Source of the DNA: Botryllus schlosseri
Taxonomy: Eukaryota
NCBI GenBank assembly: GCA_051294905.1
Contig: CM119371.1
Location: 32,736,001-32,800,000, forward strand
Direction: 5' to 3'
DNA: 64,000 bases
Of the stretch, positions 14,201 to 24,289 are shown piece by piece. Positions within the stretch are counted from its first letter, which is position 1. Every line of letters starts with the position of its first letter. The notes under the pieces were generated by a model, which had not been told where the DNA came from, did not search any database, and saw only the letters and a list, made by a program, of their open reading frames with translations. Position numbers and translations under genes: made by a program.

Positions 14201-17200
14201 TCGATCGGACTCGAACCCGCAACCATTGGTGTTGGAGCCGGGGATTATACCAATGCGCTATCTCGCCACTAGTTATATCAGTGGAGTGCATTAGTTATGT
14301 TCATTGTTCGCCTGCACCAACACCTGAAAGGCGCAAAAAGTGAGACACGCAAAAGATCCCGCTGCACCCCTAGCGCGTATATTGGTAAGGATTGGCGGTG
14401 ATCGTTGGTACTCAAGTATCAGTAGAAGTGAAGTTTTTAATTTCTGCTCCACAAATAGAGGTAGTTATTTCTGAATATGTAAAAAACAAAGTATTCTATA
14501 GGTTTACTTTTTACTAAACTGAAAACCGTTAGGTGAAAGTAGTGTCAAATCCTAACCGCTGGAGTAAATAGTGCAATTAAATAAATTCTATACCTGGTTA
14601 CTTCGAAAAAGTATAAGTATTACTTGTTACGAACCGCCACTGTTAAAAGTCCTATTTTCCACCCAGTGTATCATGTCTAAATCCAAGTATATATCTGTTA
14701 AAAACTGAGATTTTTTCAAGAGTAGCATGGAAAATTGTATAGTACTAGAAATTCTATCTTGAAATCAAAATCAAAATTCGACTTATTAAATCTGATATCT
14801 TAAATCTGGTTCCAATTCGTCCAAAATCTCTGAATACGAAGCTTATCTTTGAAATCCATGCTTCAATATAGGTTCAAGTAAGTTTATTTATTCATACTCG
14901 CTTCCAGTCCTATGGATGCTGGCTTAAGTAACTATATTTATTCATACGTAGCATACAGGACTTGACATTATTTTGGTTTTAAGGGATTGCGTCAGTGGAA
15001 GGCGATTTTGGAAATTTATTCAAAAGCATTTCGAAAATATTATAGACTTCCACGAACACTGCTTCGTAATGAACTGCACCCCGCTGGTCTTTATGGGGAA
15101 AGTAGCTCCAGCCTCGGCCAGAGTGACGCGCACAAGTACGTTGTTTTATTTCGGTCTTCGCAACACAGCCTTTTTCAAATACAGAATGAAATCCATGTTC
15201 ATCTCATCCGCATAGCCTAGTCTTATAGCAATCAGTTTACAGAAGGATATACCTGCTGTTTATCGATATAGTCCAGTAGTTCTCCACATGTCTAGCCATG
15301 TGACTAATCTTCAATTAGCAAAATTACTATTCTATGACTCCAGTAACGAAAATTAGCCTAACAGCTTACCCTAATACTAAACCTTACCTTATCCATAGCC
15401 CAGTGGTTCCCAACGTGGGCGATATCGCCCCCAGGGTGCGATTTTACATTCTAAGGGGGCGAAAATAACGAAGGGGACGATAGGGGGGCGAAACGGGCGA
15501 AGGAGACGATAGGGGGCGAATATAACGAAGGGGGCTATGGCGCGTTAAAACGGCTATATTGGAGTAAAGTTCGAGAAATGCCTTTTTTAGTCAACACACG
15601 AAAATTTAGCTGTAAAAGTGTAATTTCGAGGTCCTGCCGAAAAGTTGACCATTTTTCTCAAATCCACGTGCTTGTGATTACAGTTTGTATGCCCATTTTT
15701 TGGTTCCCAATATTTGGGGAGCGATGGTCGGTGTGGAGCTTGAAAAAGGGGCGATGAGTCTAAAAAGGTTGGGGACCACTGCCTAGCCTCAACAATATCC
15801 CTAATCTAGCCATCACCAAACCATTACCCCAACGTTTACCCGCATACTCAAGTGTTGCACGTTCATATGACCATGGGCCGTAAAGTACATAGAGTAAATA
15901 TTTCACCACTCAAGCCAGAGGTTTAAATTATGTAGAATAGTTATGACTCCTGCTTTTAGATAAGGCATGCGCTGGCCTACTTCTGGCGACGCGACGAGCG
16001 TTATATCGCATCGTGTTTTGGGGACCCGCGTCTCACTTCTACAAACCACTGGATTTTCAAAATGAATACTATAACAAGAACTGGAGCTATTCACTTTTCA
16101 AAATGCGCAACTAGAACTAGAACTAGAACTACTAACATTTTCCAAACTCAAAACTAGAACTAGAACATGACGAAATTTTAAAATCCACCACTAAGTAGAT
16201 TCATTTCGGAAGTAAGTCATTAATTTTTAATTTATCGGAATAGGATTGTCTTTCCACGTGAACATGAACATGAAATGGGAGAGGTATCGGCCCCCAAAAC
16301 CCAATCCCTAACAACGCCACTGTTACTGGTGATCACTCTGAGCTAGCTGCGGTTATAAGAGCACCGCACTTCAGAACACCGCCATCACGATTCACGCCAA
16401 ACAAGTGTTTTCAATTCGGTCGGGAAATACTTTTTTTTTTTAATACGGAATGATACAGCTATACCCCCAAACCAGTAGTTGGTTGACCGTCAATTACCTA
16501 TATTGGTAGTGTCTAAAAGTCTGTAACCTGACAAAAGGCCTTGTGTTTGATTCCAGGCAACAGCAACATATCACTGGATAACTTCGACGACGACTCTACA
16601 GACCCTCTTGTGCAGTCGCTAATGCAAAAAAGCGACGTAGCGCTGCAAGACGCTATATCTGTTATGAATCCGAAGCTGATTATCGGAATAGGGTGGCATG
16701 CCTACAACAGGTTAGTTATTCCGCGTATCTCCAGCAGCCACGGATTAGTTGATTCATATTTGAGAATCGCAATATTGTTTTAAGTCCGAATTTTTTATTT
16801 ATACATGGTATCATGCCCACACCAAGCACTCACAGGCACTCATTCACTCCAATTACATGTTGAAACCCACATCGAGAGAAGAAAGAGTCCTAAGTCAGGT
16901 CTCCAGCGATATCCTCACATCCGTTGTTTTTACCAAACGCACCCGAATCTCTGGTAGCAGATCTCATTATGTACTAAACTCTATCATTAAATAGAGTGGT
17001 TCTCAATCGGGGGTCCGCCCAGCGTTTTCAGGGGTCCGCGAATCCTCCAAATTCGCAAAATAGTTGATGACTTAGTTGGTATTTTTTTAAGTTATGGAAA
17101 TCACAAGAAATCACAAATCAGGACTCGCAAACTTACTCTAATTGTCAAATTGCCAATAGCCTCTAACAAATATATATTGCTCTTTAGAGATGTTTTGTTG

Positions 17201-18032
17201 GAATTTTGAAAAAAAAAATATGTCTGCAAAAATCCATTTTATCCTATGTGATACACAGTCCCGCTATTAAAGAATAACTTCAACATAAGCTGCTAGATAG
17301 TAATGACTTGGATGGATATTATGTTCACTAATCAGTCCGTCAATGGTGGTCCAAAATATGTTGCGATCGCAGTCAAGGGTGTCGTCGGAACCATTACCCG
17401 TTATTATCACATTCGCCACCGCCTCTTCTTGTGGAAATGGATATTCGGCACTCGTTCATATCAAATCGACGTTGCGGATTTTCAGGGCACGACCCGATTT
17501 TAAGAAATGCAGATACAGAATTAGCTTTGAAATAATAAAAGTATTCCCAATTTCTACATAAATGATAGGATGTGTTTTTTCGAGAAAAGTCACTTTGTAA
17601 AAATACATATTGTAAAATGTATATAGTTTGGGCTAAACGCTATTAACCAGAAAGTGGAAGTAATCGAAAATCATCACAATTTGCGTCAGTGTAGTAAAAG
17701 TAGGTTGAAACCTATTTGACTACTCCGAAAAAGAAGAAATATATTTTGTTACAGATCATCTCAACAATATGTTGTGTTGTCAATTATTAACTGTCATATG
17801 TCTTGGCAGAGTTAAAAATCTCGACGTCAATAAACGCATAAAGCACCAGCGTATCACCCACCCGTCTTCCAGGGTAGGAGGACAAGGGGTCAACGGCGGT
17901 GCAAAGGATAAAGGAGATGAGAAATGGATCGGACAGGTTGAAGAGGAGTTGAAAGATATTGTTCACAGTACAATCAAGAGCTCGAAAATGGAGAAAGCGT
18001 CAAGAAGGCAAAAGAAAATCCGAAATTTATGA
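8200..18032 (+). CDS. SMUG1-like: SMUG1-family (UDG family 3) uracil-DNA glycosylase-like protein, 326 aa, 7 exons: join(8200-8270,10625-10700,10759-10965,12651-12748,14984-15135,16557-16710,17810-18032)
   Basis: Manual splicing gives 981 nt (326 aa + stop) with GT-AG introns in matching phases (2,0,0,2,1,2). SMUG1-family motifs occur in the correct order: ILNPLAYAWPKHEEY (cf. IYNPVEYAWEPHRNY), VLFVGMNPAP (cf. VLFLGMNPGP), GIPFGD (cf. GVPFGE), DCVSGRRFWKF (cf. SEVSGARFWGF), HCFVMNCTPLVF (cf. HCFVHNLCPLLF), LIIGIG (cf. LVVGVG), THPSSR (cf. LHPSPR). Homology was recognised from memory, not by database search. Confidence 0.88.
9177..10302. mobile_element. hAT-type non-autonomous element in intron 1 of SMUG1-like
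   Basis: Perfect 14-bp TIR CAGAGGTCTCAAAC; perfect 8-bp TSD CTCTACAC (9169-9176, 10303-10310); internal (AT)n microsatellite near 10015-10035. Confidence 0.9.
10625..10700 (+). CDS. SMUG1-like: SMUG1-like exon 2 (SVSEEYLGIMKDLRKEFAALLKGKLQ)
   Basis: Acceptor gacag|T; weak donor CAG|GTTGGA followed by a 58-nt intron; resembles the N-terminal helix of SMUG1 (SLAESFLEEELRLNAEL). Confidence 0.72.
10759..10965 (+). CDS. SMUG1-like: SMUG1-like exon 3 (contains NPLAYAW and GMNPAP)
   Basis: Acceptor tatgcaag|G, donor GGA|GTGAGT; phase 0/0; overlaps supplied ORF 10771-11028. Confidence 0.9.
12651..12748 (+). CDS. SMUG1-like: SMUG1-like exon 4 (IPFGDKKEVHNFWDIDISTSNFDGIPDSLKTD)
   Basis: Acceptor ccttttcag|ATT, donor AA|GTATGT; completes the G-IPFG motif; too short to appear in the ORF track. 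Confidence 0.88.
13994..14269 (-). mobile_element. tRNA-derived SINE in intron 4 of SMUG1-like
   Basis: Minus strand: A-box-like TAGCGCATTGG, B box GGTTCGAGTCC, a body shared with 61915-62158, and a (CAAA)n-type tail. Confidence 0.8.
14984..15135 (+). CDS. SMUG1-like: SMUG1-like exon 5 (DCVSGRRFWKF...CFVMNCTPLVF)
   Basis: Acceptor ttttggttttaag|G, donor ACAA|GTACGT; phases 2/1. Confidence 0.9.
15401..15781. mobile_element. hAT (Charlie/Buster-type) MITE with internal GGGGGCG-rich tandem repeats
   Basis: TIRs CAGTGGTTCCCAAC / GTTGGGGACCACTG; TSD degenerate; a related element lies at about 35825-36030. Confidence 0.75.
16557..16710 (+). CDS. SMUG1-like: SMUG1-like exon 6 (SDVALQDAISVMNPKLIIGIGWHAYN)
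   Basis: Acceptor tttgattccag|GC, donor CAG|GTTAGT; phases 1/2. Confidence 0.88.
17810..18032 (+). CDS. SMUG1-like: SMUG1-like terminal exon 7 (ITHPSSR ... KKIRNL*)
   Basis: Acceptor gtcttggcag|A; catalytic-His motif HPS; stop TGA at 18030-18032. Confidence 0.88.
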
Positions 18033-18482
18033 ACTTATATCACTCAAGTTATGGTAGCAGATGTATGTGCTACAGAGCTAATCTATATTTGAAGGTGTAG
18101 TTTAAAGATGCGAATGACAAAGGACGTTACTATCGGAGTCCATGTGCATTTGTTATTCGCGTAGTCCGCATAATATATTTATAATATTAACGTATATGAA
18201 TTCTGGTGGTTTGTGGCATCGATTTTTGACAATGCATTTTAAATATCTTTACTATAAAAGGGGCGTTATCATAAGAGTGGATATGTATGTCTTATCATAA
18301 TAGTATCAATACTGTTTTTTAGTTGCACAAACATATATATAAACGTTTATAAGCTTTATTGGCATCTTACTCTATATTTTATATCTAAATCTTTATATTC
18401 AATATGTCTACTTGTTGAACGGTTATGAAACTTATGATACTTCAATGTATCTGTATACTTGTAACAGTTGAATTGATACATC

Positions 18483-18488
18483 AATAAA
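18483..18488 (+). terminator. Candidate polyadenylation signal AATAAA of the SMUG1-like gene
   Basis: AATAAA about 450 nt after the stop, at the end of an AT-rich 3' UTR-like stretch. Confidence 0.35.
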
Positions 18489-19057
18489 CGTATCATGGTT
18501 GGTGATTCGCTTCACTTTAAGGGTGATAAACTATAGATTACAAACCTATATATAAACGAAATACATCCACATGGAGATCGACGAAGTGATGTAACCATTT
18601 TGTGCGCTCAGTCAAGCACGAAGTCTAATGAAGGTATTGTACCGTATACCAATTGGTGTACATTACCTTGAAACATAATCTCATCCACAGAAAAGAGCAC
18701 GCGAATAGACTTTCATGAGACATAGATAAGAAGAGATATCGCGGTTAATGTACTCTCGCATTTGTGCGAGACATAATGCGTTCTTCTCAAATGAATAACA
18801 GTAGGCCTGAATACACTCCAATTTTTAATTGGCTCTTTAATAAAAGCAACGTCTGGGGGACGGCAATAAACAAGAAAATTAGAGCGTTCTTGGTGTCTTT
18901 GTCTACGGGACGTAAATGCTGTCGAGATGCGTCGTTATTATACGCGAAACCCGGTCCATAGAGGCGTAATGCGCAACAGCGTAACCTACACATGTAGCCT
19001 ACTGGCGTCAGATTGCACATAAGCTAGAATCACAAAATCATCGCTGTGCGTTATAAG

Positions 19058-19226
19058 CAGGGCTGTGGAGTCGGTGAATTTTACCACCGACTCCGGCTCC
19101 GACTCCGACTCCACACATTTTCAATATACCGACTCCGAATCCTGAGTCTTTAAACGTACCGACTCCGACTCCGACTCCCGGGTCTTTAAACGTTCCGACT
19201 CTGACTCCCGACTCCGACTCCAGCAT
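19058..19226. repeat. CCGACT/GGAGTC-repeat MITE fragment
   Basis: Begins CAGGGCTGTGGAGTCGG, followed by tandem CCGACT hexamers; no right TIR found. Confidence 0.65.
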
Positions 19227-20084
19227 TTTACCAATTTACTTCGAAAATCATATGCCACATTGTCGGTTGAATGACTATCCTACAACCATTAAACATATGC
19301 AAACATATGATTAACGGTGGCATGCTAAATTGAAATAATTGAAATTGAAATAATGAATACATTTGATTTCATGAAATCGCGTCATAATTTGTATTCTTAA
19401 AACTTCTCAATTTGCAGACTTATAGCAGTCGAGAAGTGTGGCCAACGATCGTCAACGTAGTAAACACTTTCTGATCAAATTGAGACACAAGAGAGAGCAA
19501 GAAAACTGGCCCACTATTTGCCTATTGCAAGCGTCACGCCAGTCACGCCATGTTCCTGTGCTCAAGGTGTTTCACACACAACCGCAATATTATGAATAGG
19601 CCTATACGCCGACATTCGTAGTTTCCGAAATTTCATGCTGGTGACGTCATACTTTGTGATACGATTGCTGATATACAATGTTCTTTCCAATTCTCTACTA
19701 GTTGCTGACGATTACCCCTGACGAGTGCCAGCCGAAAATATTCGGGTTCATTTCAATATGAATATACTATTCAATCAAAGATAAATAAAAACAACGATCA
19801 TTTACTGAAATAAGTCCAAGTGTAATCGCAGTGATAAGATAGCGTATTCCTACAGTTGGTGAAGGATGTTTGGATGTTTACTCAAAGACATTTGTACTAA
19901 ACCCGGGGGGGAGGGGGGGTTCTATTCTGTGGATCGCTAAGATGTTGGTGGCTATCAGCTTCCAAAATAGGCCATGAGTAAGTTTGGGCAAGCTGACCTC
20001 TGTTGCAGTCCCAAGCAATCATACGCTGGAGGTCTTATTAGAGATGGCCTAATTCAGAATCAATCCACTCCACTCATGTATAGT

Positions 20085-20997
20085 CGATAGGAGAACTCAG
20101 CAAAATATCTCGGCGTCACCATTGATTCCAAATTGTCCTGGAAGCAGCATATTGAATGCACAATATCAAAACTAGCTCGGTGTGTGGGAATAATGACCCG
20201 TCTCCAATCTTTGGTTTCCAGATCAGTACTACGAACCATCTACTTCTCTCTTTTCCACTCGCATCTGCAGTATGGAATCGTAGTATGGGGAAATGCATGT
20301 ACAACATTTTTGTGCAGAATTCGAACCCTGCAAAACCGTGCGATACGGCTGATCTCATCTGTACCTTTACGTACCAATTTATCGCCTTACTACCGTAAGC
20401 ATCGAATTTTGCGAGTTGATGAACTGTATCGCTTCGAAGTATCAAAAGTTGTTCACAAATATTTTTCCAATAGTCTGCCTCCTGTGTTTGATGACTTTTT
20501 CATACCTGCTAAACATGTCCATTCCCATTACACGAGATCTTCGTCTAAAGGACACGTCTACTTACCCCAACCCAATAGCAACCTAACTAAGAGATCTATC
20601 GACTACTCGGGACCTATCATCTGGAATGCATTACCATCACATATCCGTGAATTGCCTTATAATAGATTCAAAAAAGCCCTACTTGATCACCTCTTGTCGT
20701 TACACTAACACTGTTGCCCTACCTCGCCCAGACATTGCTTCATTGATCATTTGCTACCATTGTTTAATTTTTTTCTATTTTCCTTTTCTAACTAAACATT
20801 TTTTACAGCCAGACTGTTCTGAGTCAAGTGTACCTGTTTGATGCTGGTGTGATCAGACTAGATGACCTTCATGGTCTTATCGATCATTCCTATCTAATAC
20901 CGAATACTGTGCACGCATATTTTCTGTACCACCATCACTGCCGTTTGTTATGTATTTTGGTTTGATGAAAATAAAAACTCTCTCTCTCTCTCTCTCT
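20085..20997 (+). mobile_element. 5'-truncated L2-group (Crack/Daphne-like) LINE: RT thumb/C-terminus, 3' UTR and (CT)n tail
   Basis: KYLGVTIDSKLSWKQHI...IYFSLFHSHLQYGIVVWG...LQNRAIR...YSGPIIWNALP, open to the stop at 20708; followed by AATAAA and (CT)n. Confidence 0.85.
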
Positions 20998-21407
20998 GCT
21001 AGTGGGACGTCATATTGACTGACAATGTGTTCATAACTTGTTGTAGAAACGGGAAATCCGCTAGTTGACGTACGAGTTTTCGGATTTTCGAATTTGAGCC
21101 CAAAAATATGGTAACCCTAAGCAGCTTATAGAATGTGTCTACATTCGACTAGCGCAGAATGATAAATGACAACAAATAGGTGCAATTTTCGAAATATTTC
21201 CAGTTGTAGCGTACCAGCTCCGTGAATCTGCTGATTGCCGTGATTATTTGATTGATTTCCCTCGCTTATCCTGATGATACGTGTGAAGTTTGTGTGCAGT
21301 TTTATGCGCAGTGCTTTCAGCATCCCCTTTGATTTAGATCAGCGGTTCTTAAACAGGGGCTCACTGACCCGTCTGGGGGTTCTTATTCTTAGCATTAAAT
21401 AAGGTAG

Positions 21408-21815
21408 TGTGGCGACACCATGCGGCACCAGCACTGCGGTCGTCGAAGCGTACAGTGCTTTCGTATATTTTCATGTCGTTTTATATATAAAGCCGATGAT
21501 TGTGCTTTTGGTCAGTTCGCTCAAGTGCTGCTTACAATAAACTTGTTGCCCGCTTAACTGGTGAACCCGCGATCCAGAGAATTCTGGATAGTTCACGCAG
21601 CAAAATGAATCCAGAGAATCAGGCAGGTTTAGGTACACCAGCGGAGAACGCAGTGGCTATCAAGCTTCCTGCCTTTTGGGCCACTTAGCCGCGCACCTGG
21701 TTTTGCCAGGCCGAGGCCCAATTCCAGATTCGACGAATCACAACAGACAGCACAATGTTCTACTACGTGGTCTCCGCATTAGACCAGGAAACAGCAAGTC
21801 GACTCGTCGTTGTTA
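21408..21815 (+). mobile_element. Gypsy-type LTR retrotransposon stub: about 150-bp LTR, PBS, gag N-terminus with premature stop
   Basis: Starts TG at 21408; AATAAA at 21536-21541; PBS-like TGGTGAACCCG at 21559; from ATG 21605 reads AVAIKLPAFWAT*PRTWFCQAEAQFQIRRITTDSTMFYYVVSALD, typical of Gypsy gag. Confidence 0.82.
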
Positions 21816-24289
21816 TTGGTCACCTCTAGGTATCGTGCGATATGGAACGAGATCTCCGTATGTAATATGGAAATGTGCAGGAAAGATATCGGATGTAAAT
21901 TTTAAAACTATGGCCCGAAACATTTTTCCGTGCATTCACTTCCACGTTCGATTAAACTTGAGTCATCATCGCGCATGAGTTCGAATATACCAAATAGCCT
22001 ACGCCGATCTCTGACATTTCCACTTTCTCATTAAAAATTGGTATCAATAGATTAATGGTGTTTCCTGGCAACTGAGGCAATCAAGTCATACAAGCGTACA
22101 TCGTTTACCATATGTACATTGGACTACCACATGTGTATGGCGCCATTTTAAAATGACCTTTATTTCTGTAGTCAACACAACAAGCAATCCGGTACAAATG
22201 TCACAATCAGCAATTTTCTTGTCCGATACTTTGACTCTTATGATTTATAGAAAGTGCCCTCCTATCCGGATTCCAAAATATAGCGCTATTAGCTAGTCGA
22301 AAGCTGTTCCAGGACTGGTAATCAAGGCAGTTTGGCGGGTGGTGGCGGGTGGTGGTGGTGGCGGGGCGGTGGTTTGGTCGGGCGGGCGGCAGTCCCTTCT
22401 TGATCGGTTTGAAAATTGTCACAGCAAACAATAAGATAAACATGATCTGTAGAATAGCAGAGACATGCTTGCTGACTGAATGATTCAGTTACCGTATCTG
22501 CAATGCATGAAAAACGCAACAATCCTTCACCAACGATAGCTTTAGCACGGTATGGAATTCAAATGTGACGGTGCAATTTACAGTTAAAACTACGACTTAG
22601 CTACAATAACGGTAGAGATAACCACCGAAGATTATAACCGTGACGTGCTCAAGACCCCTCAATATCCAGCAAGATGTGTCTTCAGCCTGGAATCACGACG
22701 AAATATTTGACACGTGGGTTATTGGTATTACTACATTTGTCACACTGCAGTCAAAGGACATCTCTGACTCTTCATACATAGGTTACATTTACCCAACAAA
22801 ACTCCGCAAAGACTGAATACGACCGTCGCAACTGCACAAGTTACTGGTAGGGTGTTGGCAGGTTCATTTTCCAAGCAAAAATTTGCAACGCTTTGATGCG
22901 AAAAGTAAATGTAATCAACACTCGTGTGAGGGTGTGAATTCTCCATAATTGAATACGAACCAAAATATTATTGATTTTCGTTACATGTCAAGAGATTTTA
23001 CATGACACGTTACTATGACGAAATCGAACATAATCTAATTGGAGCACTCTATAATGTTCGTGGAACGTTAATCCACCATAATTCAAAGTCTTTGGGCGTG
23101 CAATGCACTTATAGAATTTAAAAGGCTCGTTAAAGTAGTACGGAACCTTATAAAGTTGGACAATGTATTCATAGTTATCAACTGAGCTTTTCGAGCGGAC
23201 ACGTGTCGGGGTTCGGAGTTGGCAACTGTAACGTCATGAGGTGTGAAATCTTAAATTCAAGATACTAAAGCGTTATAATTTACATACGATCAAAACTTGA
23301 TGTGAGATTTGCAAATGCTGCACATATTATTATTTTTGCCGCAGACCAGGGTAGGGCAAATATATATTTTCGAGGGCTAAATGAGAAACAGAGAGATGGG
23401 CGGGTCGAGCCAACGAATAAACTATATTTGGTATCCAAACAATTTTATTTCGATATTGGGAGAAGTGGATTATATTATCTACAAAAGCTGCATAAGTGGA
23501 TGTGCTGACACAAGATGGTGAGAAAGTGAGGATTAATTTACAAAAAAAAAGTATATTTATTTAGTGTCATTATTAAAAACAATGATGGACATGAAATATT
23601 TTGAACTGATATTATACTCATTTTAAAACATGGAACATATACCTATACATAGATATATACAAATGGAAAAACTTTAGTCTGTCGAGACTCGACTTCGGTT
23701 CTGTTCTGGCTACTTGATAAAATTGTTAGGTTACCTAATTAAAGCCTACACACCAAACTTGGTTCAAGTCCAACCAGTAGCCGCATTGCTACGGCAATTT
23801 AAAAATTTGGAAATTTTTCCGAAAAATATCATCATTCACTAGAGAACCAGAGTTGCTGAAATAGCAACTGTACAAGCGGTATATATTTGAATGCCTGTGA
23901 CTATAAAAATGAAGGAGTCGCAGAAATAATCTGTATCAAAGGTAACTTTCTATGTCTGCATGAAGTGTAGAGTACGGTAGGTCCAACTTAAGGGAAAAAA
24001 CACCATTTGTTAAAAAAATTGATCAGTATGGTTGAACGAGATGTATTGCCTACCATTTTCAGATGTCTTGACTTTTAATTGCCTGGAAGTCAGATGGATT
24101 GTTATTTATTTCAAATGACACCAATTCCTTTCAAAGAAGTGTATTTTATTAAACGAAAAAGTATATGCAATGTATTTTCATCAAGGAAACAATACAAGCA
24201 AAAATTATACAAAAACGACAGATACAATATTGGAAAGCGTAAAAGTACAATTGACTTATCCTATTGACATCATATTCACCAATTTCAAA

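Noticed and set aside
15340-15845. CCCTAA-like degenerate repeats flanking the 15401 MITE
   Set aside because: Too degenerate and short to call interstitial telomeric sequence.
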